This document shows, piece after piece, positions 18,659 to 30,300 of a stretch of DNA of 64,000 nucleotides. Source of the DNA: a virus. The position numbers and the translations under genes were made by a program. Numbering within the stretch: the stretch's first letter is position 1; the number at the start of each line of letters is the position of its first letter. Location: IMG/VR virus record IMGVR_UViG_3300005805_000050, positions 1 to 64,000 of that record. The stretch is one strand, 5' to 3'. The notes beneath the pieces were generated by a model. That model was given only the letters and a program-made list of their open reading frames with translations, searched no databases and had not been told where the DNA came from.

Positions 18659-20101
18659 ATGAAAATATTTGATCCAAAACTGACAGGCAGCATAGAATTC
18701 CAATCCCCAGTGATTGGTAACGGTATCACATCTAGTCTATACGGTACGGCCTCATGGGCAACTAACGTAGTTAACGGAGGGGGCATTATTGGAGGAGAAG
18801 CTAATTACATAACCAGATGGGTAGATTCTACAACTCTTACCACAAGTTCCCTATACGAAAATATAGGAGAGAACGGTATAGCTATAGGGACTACGACATT
18901 TGATCCCATAAATCCAGAGACACTATTAGTATCAGGCTCAGGCATAAATGTTATAAGCGGTAAAGTTAATATAGATAACTACACACAGTTAAACATTAAC
19001 AACACAAACGCAGGCACAAATGCGTCATCTGACCTGGTTGCAACTAACGATACTGGAAATGAAGGCGGAAACTACGTTGATCTTGGCATAAACGGAAGTA
19101 ATTTTGCGGGCCTCATAGGAGGACCCAATGATGCGTACCTCTATCACACTGGCTCTGAATTTTTGATAGGCAACCAAACCCGCGGAGTAGATGCAAATTT
19201 GAAATTTTTCGCAGGAAATGATGGCACTGTATTTCCTCTGATAGTAACAGGATCCAACGCTTTCATAACAGGTTCAATATTTGGATCGTCTAGTTACTCC
19301 ACTACATCATCGTTCACAACTACCGCCTCGTACGCTATTACTGCCTCACACTCAGTATCATCCAGCTATTCATTAACGTCTAGTTTTTCTGTAACAGCAA
19401 GTTATGTCACCGGGTCTATATACCAACAAGGAAATTTAGCTAGATCTGCGTCCTTCGCAATAACATCTAGCAACTCAATATCCTCGTCTTACGCAATAAC
19501 CTCTTCATTTGCTATTACAGCTAGTAATTCAATATCATCGTCTTTTGCTTCGACTTCGTCATTCTTAAACGCCCTCTCTCAAAGTTTATTGATTACCGGA
19601 TCTTTGATAATGACAGGCAGCATAAGAAGTAGTCAAGGATTTACAGGTAGTTTATTTGGCACGGCCTCTTACACCACAGGATCCATATACGTGGCTGGTA
19701 ATTTAGCGACTTCGGCGTCTTTTGCTGTGACATCAAGTTACACCACAGGATCCATATACGTTGCTGGTAATTTAGTGACTTCGGCGTCTTTTGCTGTGAC
19801 ATCAAGTAACGCTATAAGTTCTTCATTTTCTACCACGTCCTCTTATGCATTTAGTCAAAATAAAACAAAAGTAGGATCCGTTGTAAACACGTCGTTTGCA
19901 GGAAACCCAAGAAAAGCCACAGTAACATTTACAACGGCTTTTGCTGATACGAATTACGCTATCACGGTGACAGGGGAAGATAGTAGAGCTTGGTCTGTAG
20001 AAAGTAAACTAGCGGGAAGCTTTGTGATAAACGCGAACTCTAACACAGCTCTAGCAGGTACCACGTATTGGATGGCGTCATCTTACGGAGAAACAGTTTA
20101 A
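18659..20101 (+). CDS. Tail fibre / virion appendage protein
   Basis: TGS and xSSSYA repeats, a ~160-aa module shared with 20125..23076, and a C-terminal ATVTFTTAFADTNYAITVT beta domain typical of fibre ends. Confidence 0.65.
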   Translation: MKIFDPKLTGSIEFQSPVIGNGITSSLYGTASWATNVVNGGGIIGGEANYITRWVDSTTLTTSSLYENIGENGIAIGTTTFDPINPETLLVSGSGINVISGKVNIDNYTQLNINNTNAGTNASSDLVATNDTGNEGGNYVDLGINGSNFAGLIGGPNDAYLYHTGSEFLIGNQTRGVDANLKFFAGNDGTVFPLIVTGSNAFITGSIFGSSSYSTTSSFTTTASYAITASHSVSSSYSLTSSFSVTASYVTGSIYQQGNLARSASFAITSSNSISSSYAITSSFAITASNSISSSFASTSSFLNALSQSLLITGSLIMTGSIRSSQGFTGSLFGTASYTTGSIYVAGNLATSASFAVTSSYTTGSIYVAGNLVTSASFAVTSSNAISSSFSTTSSYAFSQNKTKVGSVVNTSFAGNPRKATVTFTTAFADTNYAITVTGEDSRAWSVESKLAGSFVINANSNTALAGTTYWMASSYGETV

Positions 20102-20111
20102 TACAAAAATC

Positions 20112-20119
20112 ATATTTAT
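20112..20119 (+). promoter_or_regulatory. ATATTTAT motif (putative late promoter)
   Basis: 5 nt before ATG 20125. Confidence 0.65.
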
Positions 20120-20124
20120 AATAT

Positions 20125-23076
20125 ATGCCAACATTTTACGTAAGCAGCGGAAGTATAGATAAACTTGAAGTATCAAGCAGTCTAGTTGTATCCGGATCCC
20201 TAATAATATCGGGAAGTCTAACTACACAGGGAGGATACACAGGATCTTTTCAAGTCTCTGGATCCGCAATAATTTCTGGCTCTACAAGTCTTAACGGATA
20301 TCTACAGCTCGATCCCACAAAAGATCCGGGTACATCTAACTTAAGCTCATCATTCTTTTTTGTATCCTCTTCAGCTGATAACAACGAGTTTAATTTACAC
20401 TATAGAAATAATGGCGCTCTGTGGGAGATGCACTGGTTGGAAGAACAAACAGGAACTGGATTGGTTTGGGGAGGAGACGTGACCTTTACTGGAAGCATAC
20501 TAGACACACCTCCCAAAGCCACAGAGATAAGAATATCCCCAGGGGCGGGATTGATAGTTAATTACAATGCTAGCACCTCATCTCACGGAGACACAACGGC
20601 CACTTACGTACAGTTTGGTCCTATAACGCAAAGTCTAAAGACTGATATAGAATCATCTCAGGTTGTATACTTGTTAATAGACGAAAACGGAAATTTAGTT
20701 AGACAAACGACTGTATATACTCCTGAGCAATTCACCACAAAGTTTCCGTTAGGCTACATATTTGCATTGACCACAGATAATATAAGTTCGTACGCTGACT
20801 CTAGAGTTACAACTTACGGTCAGGTAGATCAACAAACTCAATTTTTACGGGCGTTCGGCCCTCTAAAATTGAGTGGAATGGATATCACCGCCCAACCTAG
20901 CAGTCTAAAGATAGATATCGCCGCTGGTAGAGCTTTTAGACACGGAGGATTTTACAAACAGGATCCTCAAAATCCTTCCACTTACGATTCCTCTGTGATA
21001 TACACAGGAAGTTTAGTTAGGGTATACAGAGACCCAGGAGTTGTCGGAGGTTTTAGAGCGGCTACTAATGCAGGTTTACCGTATACAGACATAGATCCCA
21101 CCAAATACGACGATGGCAGTGGCACACTACAAACAGTAGGAGCAAGCGAGTGGACAATTCAACGTGTATTCCAAGGCGTAGTAAACGGAATATCCTACGT
21201 ATATTACGGCCAAAGTGTATATTCAAGTCTCGCTCTTGCCTTGGGAGCGATAACTACTGATAATTTCCAAGAATCCCCCACCAGTATACTGTCTTTGCCC
21301 TTTATAGGATACATAGTCTGTAGAGGTAACACGACCGATTTGTCGGATACAAACGATAACCGGATCATAAACTCAGGTCTTTTTAGAAACACCGCAGGCG
21401 CTTCCGGTGGAGGAGGAGCAGCTGCTCAAGCACTAGATGACCTTTCGGACGTAACGATAACCGGAGTTCAAAATGGTCAAGCGCTAGTATACAACACCGG
21501 ATTGTGGATAAATGGAAACCCAGCTACTGCATCTTACGTAACTGGATCGGTGTTCACAAGCACAAATCCGGCTTTGAGTGCTTCTTACGCTTTAACTTCC
21601 TCCAATTCTTTAACCGCGTCTTATGCGCTGAATGCAGGTTCCTCTACGGCTCTCACTATAGCCGAAGAGGGAAATTCCCTTGGAACAGCGGAGTTTATCA
21701 ATTTCATTGGATTAGGAGTCACTGCTACAGTATCTTCTAATACGGCATCCATCAATATACCGGGTGGATCCGGAGAAGCATTTCCCTATAGCGGTTCAGC
21801 AAGAATAACGGGTTCTTTAGGTGTAACAGGATCGATACAGGGGGACGACGGATTAAAAGTGCTATCCGTTACAGCGTCTTTTGTATCGGCTTCTTCGATG
21901 ACTGGTAGTCTATTCGGCACCGCGTCTTACGTTACAGGATCGATATTTACCGACGGTAACCTGGCTCTCTCTGCTTCATTTGCCGTATCAGCAGCATACG
22001 CACCGGGTGGAGCAGGCCTCAGCGGAGGACAAGACAAATACATCGCTCGTTGGGACAGCACGACTTCAATCACAACCAGTTCGCTTTACGAAGGAGATAA
22101 CAAGAATATCGGAGTAAATGTTACAGCGTTCAACGTCACGAATCCCGAGGCGCTAAGGGTTTCTGGATCCACAATCAACGTCATAAGTGGAGAGTCGAAC
22201 ATAGACACGTACACGCAGCTCAACATAGTAAACAAGAGCACCGGTACAAACGCCTCTTCCGACATCGTGGCCACCAACAACACAGGAAACGAGACCGGTA
22301 ACTACGTTGACCTTGGCATCAACGGCAGCAATTACGCAGCAGCATTCGTAGGAGTGGCCAACGAAGCCTACCTGTACAACACAGGTTCCAACTTTTTGAT
22401 AGGAAACATCACAACGGGACCCAACGCGAACCTCAAACTTTTCGCCGGCAACAACGCCACTGTCTTCCCGATTGTCGTCACGGGCTCTAATGCTATAATA
22501 ACAGGGTCCGTTACAGGATCGTTTAAGGGAAATCTCGCTGATCTCACGCAACACCTTAAAATAACCGGATCGTTGATTGTAACAGGATCGAACGGAGCGT
22601 CAGAATTCACTGTTGTAGGACAGAGCATATTCTCTGGTTCGGTAGTAATAGAATCTCCGCTACCATCAGAATTGGATTTTAGAGTTGTAGGCGGAACTCA
22701 AATCACAGGATCTCTCATAGTTTCAGGATCTAATGGAGCAGGAATATTCTCTAAGGGCGCAACTATTGCTGATCTAACTAATACATTCACGATCACAGGA
22801 TCTTATCACGTTTGGAGAGCCCCTTATTCTGCATCTGTAGTCGCTCTTTACGCGTTCAAGTCCGGAAGTAACAACGTACAAGTAAACGCTAGAAGAAGTG
22901 GATCAGCGGCTACACAACACTTAGCTACTAATTTAACCGTGACAAACGATAATCAATGGACATCTGGCGGTACTGTACAAAACGTAAACTATGCTCCCGG
23001 CGATGGCCTAGAAATAATCATATCAGGTAGTACACAGTATCAAGTGTCAGTACAAGTAGATTTCATAAAGAAATAG
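20125..23076 (+). CDS. Tail fibre / virion appendage protein
   Basis: Dense [ST]GS motifs, an LDDLSDVTITGVQNGQALVYN repeat typical of fibres, and modules shared with both upstream fibre genes. Confidence 0.65.
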   Translation: MPTFYVSSGSIDKLEVSSSLVVSGSLIISGSLTTQGGYTGSFQVSGSAIISGSTSLNGYLQLDPTKDPGTSNLSSSFFFVSSSADNNEFNLHYRNNGALWEMHWLEEQTGTGLVWGGDVTFTGSILDTPPKATEIRISPGAGLIVNYNASTSSHGDTTATYVQFGPITQSLKTDIESSQVVYLLIDENGNLVRQTTVYTPEQFTTKFPLGYIFALTTDNISSYADSRVTTYGQVDQQTQFLRAFGPLKLSGMDITAQPSSLKIDIAAGRAFRHGGFYKQDPQNPSTYDSSVIYTGSLVRVYRDPGVVGGFRAATNAGLPYTDIDPTKYDDGSGTLQTVGASEWTIQRVFQGVVNGISYVYYGQSVYSSLALALGAITTDNFQESPTSILSLPFIGYIVCRGNTTDLSDTNDNRIINSGLFRNTAGASGGGGAAAQALDDLSDVTITGVQNGQALVYNTGLWINGNPATASYVTGSVFTSTNPALSASYALTSSNSLTASYALNAGSSTALTIAEEGNSLGTAEFINFIGLGVTATVSSNTASINIPGGSGEAFPYSGSARITGSLGVTGSIQGDDGLKVLSVTASFVSASSMTGSLFGTASYVTGSIFTDGNLALSASFAVSAAYAPGGAGLSGGQDKYIARWDSTTSITTSSLYEGDNKNIGVNVTAFNVTNPEALRVSGSTINVISGESNIDTYTQLNIVNKSTGTNASSDIVATNNTGNETGNYVDLGINGSNYAAAFVGVANEAYLYNTGSNFLIGNITTGPNANLKLFAGNNATVFPIVVTGSNAIITGSVTGSFKGNLADLTQHLKITGSLIVTGSNGASEFTVVGQSIFSGSVVIESPLPSELDFRVVGGTQITGSLIVSGSNGAGIFSKGATIADLTNTFTITGSYHVWRAPYSASVVALYAFKSGSNNVQVNARRSGSAATQHLATNLTVTNDNQWTSGGTVQNVNYAPGDGLEIIISGSTQYQVSVQVDFIKK

Positions 23077-23077
23077 T

Positions 23078-23845
23078 ATGGCATTAGTTTCACAATCGTT
23101 TTCAACTGTAGGTACATCGTCTTTTTACGTTCCTGAGGGCGTAAAATATGTTCAAGTTAGAGCTTGGGGCGCAGGAGGCGGTGGAGGTGGAAAAACGAAC
23201 ACCAACGGAACTGCCGGAGGTGGCGGGGGCGGCGCATACGTTTCGGGCGCGCTGAACGTTTTTCCTGGTCAAATACTTTCTATAGTTGTCGGAGCCGCGG
23301 GCACCGCAGGTCCCGCTTCAGACACTTCCGGTGGCCCAGGAGGATTCTCGTATGTGACCTCATCCGCGGATCCTAATATATTTGTTAGAGCGGATCACGG
23401 TGAACCTGGAGGAGGTGGAGCAACTGGCGTAGGAGGTCCCGGAGGAGCAGGATCGGTGTGTCTGACAGGAAGCGCTGAGGTCGGAGGATTCGCATTTAAT
23501 GGAGGATCAGGATCTGTTGGCTCTGCAGCTACAACTGGCTCAGGTGGAGGAGGAGGAGCGGGTACTAGAGGTCAAGGTACTAGAGGCACGGGCTCATTAG
23601 AAGGATCTGGAAGCGTGGATTACGGGGGTAACGGAGGCCGCGGAGCATCTAACGCAGCAGGTGGTGCAGCAAGAACAACATCTGGATCTTTTAACGTATA
23701 CGGTGGTGGTGGAGCGGGTGGTTCTAGATCTGCCGGCGGCGCCAAGGCAGGTGGAGCTGGAAGACAAGGATACGTTGAAATTTATTACACGACATTAGAT
23801 ACTCAACCCGTATTTATACCATGGATTGACGACGAAGAATACTAA
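23078..23845 (+). CDS. Glycine-rich (polyglycine II type) fibre-tip / adhesin-like protein
   Basis: FYVPEGVKYVQVRAWGAGGGGG, repeated GGGG/GGAG motifs, ending GYVEIYY. Confidence 0.7.
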   Translation: MALVSQSFSTVGTSSFYVPEGVKYVQVRAWGAGGGGGGKTNTNGTAGGGGGGAYVSGALNVFPGQILSIVVGAAGTAGPASDTSGGPGGFSYVTSSADPNIFVRADHGEPGGGGATGVGGPGGAGSVCLTGSAEVGGFAFNGGSGSVGSAATTGSGGGGGAGTRGQGTRGTGSLEGSGSVDYGGNGGRGASNAAGGAARTTSGSFNVYGGGGAGGSRSAGGAKAGGAGRQGYVEIYYTTLDTQPVFIPWIDDEEY

Positions 23846-23887
23846 TAGAGGTTATTTACTTTTGGAGAGTGAAAAAAGTAAAACAAC

Positions 23888-24337
23888 ATGGCAAACGAAT
23901 TCATAGCAAGGAACGGAATAATAGCTAGAAGCAATTCCGTAATCACAGGATCCCTATCGGTGAGCTCGTCTCTGGCAATAGGCAACATACAACCATCAGC
24001 AACTATAGGCAGATTGGACGCATCGAATGACATCGTAGCATTCAATAGCTCAGACATAAGATTCAAAACGAACATAAAACCCATAGAAAATGCTCTTGAA
24101 AAAGTGGAGAGCATAAACGGAGTAGAGTTTGATTGGATACCTGATCCTATAAATCACGGATACGAGGGACACGACATAGGTGTCATAGCTCAGGAAGTAG
24201 AAAAGGTGGTTCCTGAATTGGTTAGAACTAGAAGCACGGGATACAAAGCCGTCAAATACGACAAGTTAGTAGCTGTACTTATAGAAGCAATCAAAGAACT
24301 AAAGAAAGAGATCGATAATCTGAAGAAAGGGAAGTAA
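23888..24337 (+). CDS. Mini-fibre with peptidase S74 intramolecular chaperone domain
   Basis: SSDIRFKTNIKPIENALEKVESINGVEFDW, HDIGVIAQEVEKVVPELV, AVKYDKLVAVLIEAIKEL plus a terminal coiled coil. Confidence 0.9.
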   Translation: MANEFIARNGIIARSNSVITGSLSVSSSLAIGNIQPSATIGRLDASNDIVAFNSSDIRFKTNIKPIENALEKVESINGVEFDWIPDPINHGYEGHDIGVIAQEVEKVVPELVRTRSTGYKAVKYDKLVAVLIEAIKELKKEIDNLKKGK

Positions 24338-24339
24338 TC

Positions 24340-27300
24340 ATGCCGATACCCGCTTCAGGTCCTATATCGATGAGTATGATGAATACGGAGTTGGGTTTGA
24401 TACCCAATGCTCCGGTATCCATACTCGCTGGAGGTATAGTGCCTATACAGGGATCTTTATTTTGGTTGGGAGGACAAAGCGGCAGTTTGAATCAAACCGC
24501 CCCTCACGCATTTAGCGAATGGTATAATTACGCGCCTAATAATTCTCCTACTCCTACGCCTTCTTACACTCCTACACTGAGCGTAACTGCTACAATAGGC
24601 GCAACTCCCACAAGGACTCCAACAATAACTGTAACTTCTACGGTGTCTGTGACGCCTACAATAACAGTCACTTCAACGACATCTGTTACCGCAACGATCA
24701 GCGTTACACCAACACGAACCATATCAGTGACTTCGACGCCTACAATAAGCGTGACGTCTACTATAAGTGCTACGCCTACGTCTACTATTAGCGTTACTCC
24801 AACCCGTACTATAAGCGTAACTTCTACAATAAGTCAAACTGCAACTATTAGCGTAACTCCGACTTCTACGATAAGTGTTACGCCCACTAGAACCATATCT
24901 GTAACGCCCACTATAAGTGTCACACCCACAATCACTGTATCTGCGACAGCTACTATATCAATAACCCCGACATTCAACAATTCGGTCACAGCGACTGTAT
25001 CTGTTACGCCTACAATATCTGTTACACCCACACGAACCATAAGCGTAACAGCAACTACATCCGTTACGCCTACTATTAGCGTTACTTCCACTATAAGTGT
25101 TACTCCTACGGTTAGTATTACATCTACTATTTCTGTAACTCCTACTATCACTGTAACCGCAACAGTATCAAATACGGCCACTATCAGTGTTACTCCAACA
25201 ATATCAAATACAGCAACTGTAAGCGTTACTCCCACAAGAACTATTAGTGTCACTCCTACTCAAACCATAAGCGTTACTCCTACAATAACTGTCACATCGA
25301 GCATTTCAGTTACTCCAACTATAAGTGTGACCTCCACAGTATCAGTAACTGCAACCATTAGTGTTACAGCGACAATATCTGTGACGCCAACTTCTACTAT
25401 CAGCGTAACTCCTACATCCACGATAAGTGTCACTCCGACAATAACTGTAACTTCTACGGTATCTGTAACGCCTACTATTAGCGTTACTTCTACCATCAGT
25501 GTCACTCCTACGATCAGCGTTACATCCACTATAAGTGTTACTCCTACAGCTACAATAAGTGTAACGCCTACTAGAACAATTAGCGTTACTCCTACAATAA
25601 CAGTAACTTCTACGATAAGTGTTACCCCAACAGTATCTGTAACTCCTACAATCACTACATCTGCAACAGCCACTATATCAGTAACGCCCTCATTCGTTAA
25701 TTCAGTCACAGCGACTGTATCTGTTACGCCTACAATATCTGTTACACCTACTCAAACTGTGAGCGTTACGCCCACAATAACCGTAACATCTACAGTCTCA
25801 GTTACGCCTACAATAAGTGTTACATCTACTATATCAGTTACTGCTACAATAAGCGCAACAGCGACAATATCAGTAACTCCCACAAGAACTAATAGTGTCA
25901 CTCCCACATCGACAATTAGTGTCACTCCTACAATTAGTGCAACATCAACCGTATCTGTAACTCCGACGATAAGCGTTACTCCCACTGTATCTGTTACTTC
26001 CACAATTAGTTCTACCGCAACTGTAAGCGTTACGCCCACTTCAACTATAAGTGTAACACCAACTTCTACGATATCCGTCACGCCCACTATTAGTGTAACT
26101 CCGACTTCAACAATAAGTGTAACTCCGACTTCAACAATAAGTGTAACTCCGACCGTAAGCGTTACTTCAACCGTATCAGTTACACCCACTTTAAGTGTTA
26201 CATCCACAATTAGCGTTACTGCCACGGCTTCTGTTACTCCAACGATCAGTGTAACCCCAACGCAAACAATCAGTGTAACTCCGACTTCTACAATCAGTGT
26301 AACGCCTACTATTAGTTCCACGCCAACAATAAGCGTAACTCCGACAATTACAGTTACCTCCACAGTATCCGTTACTTCTACTATAAGTGTAACTGCGACT
26401 ATTAGTGTAACTCCTACATCGACAATATCAGTTACTCCCACAAGAACTATCAGTGTTACGCCGACAATAAGTTCTACAGCGACGATATCTGTTACACCCA
26501 CATTAAGCGTTACATCAACTATAAGTGTTACTCCCACGATCAGCGTTACATCGACTATAAGCGTTACTCCTACAGCTACAATATCAGTTACTCCTACAAG
26601 AACTATATCGGTAACACCTACCATAAGTTCAACAGCTACAATAAGTGTAACTCCGACCATCAGTTCTACAGCCACTATTAGTGTTACTCCCACCATATCA
26701 ACAACGGCAACTATAAGTGTTACTCCAACTAGTACTATTAGCGTAACGCCCACTAGGACAATCAGCGTTACGGCAACCATAAGCAATACTCCAACAATTA
26801 GTGTTACACCGACCATAAGCGTTACTCCAACCATCAGCGTTACATCTACCATATCAGTAACAGCAACAATCAGCGTAACGCCAACACAAACAATCAGTGT
26901 GACTCCCACTAGCACTGTGTCGGTTACATCAACAATCAGTGTGACTCCCACAATAAGCTCCACTGCAACTATAAGCGTGACTCCCACGATTAGTGCTACA
27001 TCGACGATCAGTGTAACACCGACCTCTACAATATCTGTAACTCCAACTTCGACAATAAGCGTTACTCCCACCCGTACGATATCAGTTACCCCTACAATCA
27101 GTTTTACGGCCACTATCAGTGTGACTCCTACCATAAGTTCTACAGCCACCATCAGCGTGACTCCTACTATATCTGTTACGGCTACTTCGACAATCAGCGT
27201 AACGCCAACCAAAACCATAAGTGTAACACCTACAATAACTGTTACTTCGACCATAAGTGTTACTCCAACAGTGTCTGTTACTTCCACCATAAGCGTTACT

Positions 27301-30300
27301 GCTACTATTAGTGTTACTCCTACTCGCACTATATCAGTTACTCCTACGCAAACCATTAGTGTAACAGCAACTATATCAGTTACTCCGACCATCAGTTCTA
27401 CAGCCACCATCAGCGTTACACCCACTATCTCCTCTACTCCTACAATATCAGTAACAGCAACTATAAGTGTAACACCAACTTCAACTATTAGCGTTACGCC
27501 CACTAATACAATCAGCGTTACACCTACTATATCCGTCACCTCTACAATTAGTGTAACGCCCACAATAACTGTTACTTCGACAATATCCGTAACTCCTACA
27601 ATTAGTGTTACGTCCACCATAAGTGTTACTCCCACCCAAACCATTAGTGTTACGCCTACAAGCACCATATCCGTAACACCTACAGTTAGTGTGACTCCTA
27701 CCATAAGTTCTACAGCTACTATATCTGTAACGCCAACAATTTCTTTAACGCCTACAATAACTGTTACTTCCACCGTAAGCGAAACTCCCACAGCTACAAT
27801 ATCAGTGACGCCTACGGTATCTGAGACGGCAACGGTAAGCGTGACTCCAACAGTTTCAGAAACCGCTACTGTGAGTGTGACCCCTACCGTGAGCGTTACT
27901 GCTACTATAAGTGAAACTCCAACCCCTACAATATCTGTAACGCCTACGATAAGTCCTACTAGAACTACGACAGTTAGCATTACTCCTACGATATCTACAA
28001 CTCCACAAGTGCCAGCAGTGTTGTTCGATGCATCTACCCAATCAACGCGTACAGCGACAACCGATCCATACTCTTTCTCTCACACTCCAGGAACCGATCC
28101 TAATGGTATATTGTTGTTCGCGATAAACTACACTACGGCGACGGATCAAATATCTACCGTCGATTATGGAGGCGTAGCTCTCACAAAAATCACAGGAAGC
28201 GTAGATACCACTGGAGAACCATTTAATACTTCCGTCTGGTTTGTAGGTTCTCAAGTACCGGTGGGAACTCAAAACATGAACATAGACTTTACCACTGCAA
28301 CTAACGATGATTATTGGTTTGTAGCAGCGACAGTTTATTCTAATAACGGATACGATATAGCGGTATACGATAGCGCATCAATTAGTAATGACGTAGCGAA
28401 CCCACAAGACACACTAACAACAGGAGGAAACAACTGTTTAGCATTCTGCGCAATAGCATCAGGCCTGGCTGCCCCGGGCAACTTAACTATATTGGCAAAC
28501 ATGACAGCTGATGAGTCTATTGACCTTGGCGCTGAGGTAGCAAGGGTGGATAGACAGACTACCGCATCTACCTCTAACTTTACCATAGGTTACACCGCAG
28601 CGATCGATGACGTAGCATTTGTAGCGTTGAACCTGTATCCAGTAGTTCCTCCTACACCGACTCCTTCACCAAGCATATCTGTAACTCCTACGATATCAAG
28701 AACGGCTACTATATCCGTTACTCCAACGGTGTCCGTCACTTCTACAATTTCAGTAACAGCTACAATATCCGTAACGGCTACGATAAGTGTCACTCCTACA
28801 ACAACCATAAGCGTCACCCCTACTCAAACAATAAGTGTAACACAGACAATCAGCGTTACTCCAACAATATCAGTCACTCCCACTATTACTGTCACCTCTA
28901 CTATTAGTGTAACTCCGACAATAAGTGTTACTCCAACCTTATCAGTAACTCCCACAATATCGGTTACTCAGACAATATCAGTTACCCCTACGAGAACTAT
29001 AACAGTAACGTCAACGATATCAGTTACACCCACAATAAGCGTCACCCCCACTCAAACAATATCTGTTACTCCTACTAGAACTATAAGTGTAACGTCAACT
29101 ATATCAGTAACTCCAACTTCCACAATAAGCGTAACTCCTACGAGAACTATAAGCGTAACACCTACAATAACTGTTACATCTACGGTATCTGTCACTCCTA
29201 CTATATCCTCAACTCCTACGATATCAGCAACTCCTACCGTAAGCGTTACGCCTACTATAACTGTTACTTCGACTATTAGCGTTACGCCGACTCAAACGAT
29301 AAGCGTAACACCCACTAGAACCATTTCTGTTACATCCACAATAAGTGTGACACCTACAGTGTCTATAACTCCCACTATAACAGTAACGTCAACGATAAGC
29401 GTTACTCCAACAATATCTTCAACGCCTACAATAACTGTTACTTCGACTATAAGCGTTACTCCGACAATAAGCGTCACAGCCACAATATCTGTAACTCCTA
29501 CACAGACCATCAGCGTTACCCCCACAAGAACGATATCAGTTACTTCTACCGTATCAGTTACTCCCACAATAACTGTAACTTCTACTATAAGCGTTACTCC
29601 TACTGTTAGTGTGACATCCACTATATCTGTAACACCCACCCAAACTATTAGCGTAACCCCCACAAGAACGATCAGTGTTACTTCAACAATCAGCGTAACG
29701 CCTACTTCAACCATAAGTGTTACACCAACTAGAACTATAAGCGTAACTCCGACGATATCTTCAACTCCTACCATAACAGTAACAGCAACAATATCTTCAA
29801 CGCCTACAATAAGTGTAACACCTACAATTAGTTCTACGGCTACAATCAGCGTTACTCCAACAATATCTTCAACGCCTACAATAACTGTTACTTCGACTAT
29901 AAGCGTTACTCCGACTCAAACTATAAGTGTAACTTCAACAATTAGCGTTACTCCAACTAGAACCATAAGCGTTACTCCTACGCAGACTATATCAGTAACT
30001 CCAACGATAAGTGTAACTTCAACAATCAGCGCTACTCCTACGCCGACTATTAGTGTGACATCTACAATCAGCGCCACTCCTACACCGACTATAAGTGTCA
30101 CTTCGACGATATCAGTTACGCCTACTAGAACTATAAGTGTCACTTCGACGATATCAGTTACGCCTACTAGAACTATAAGTGTCACTTCCACAATCAGTGT
30201 TACGCCTACTTCAACCATAAGTGTTACACCAACTATAACTATTAGTGTGACATCTACAATATCAGTAACTCCGACTTCTACGATAAGTGTTACACCAACT

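Noticed and set aside
18790-22510. Possible DGR template/variable repeat pair (AAC-rich paralogous modules)
   Set aside because: The copies differ at many non-adenine synonymous positions, and no reverse transcriptase is in the window.
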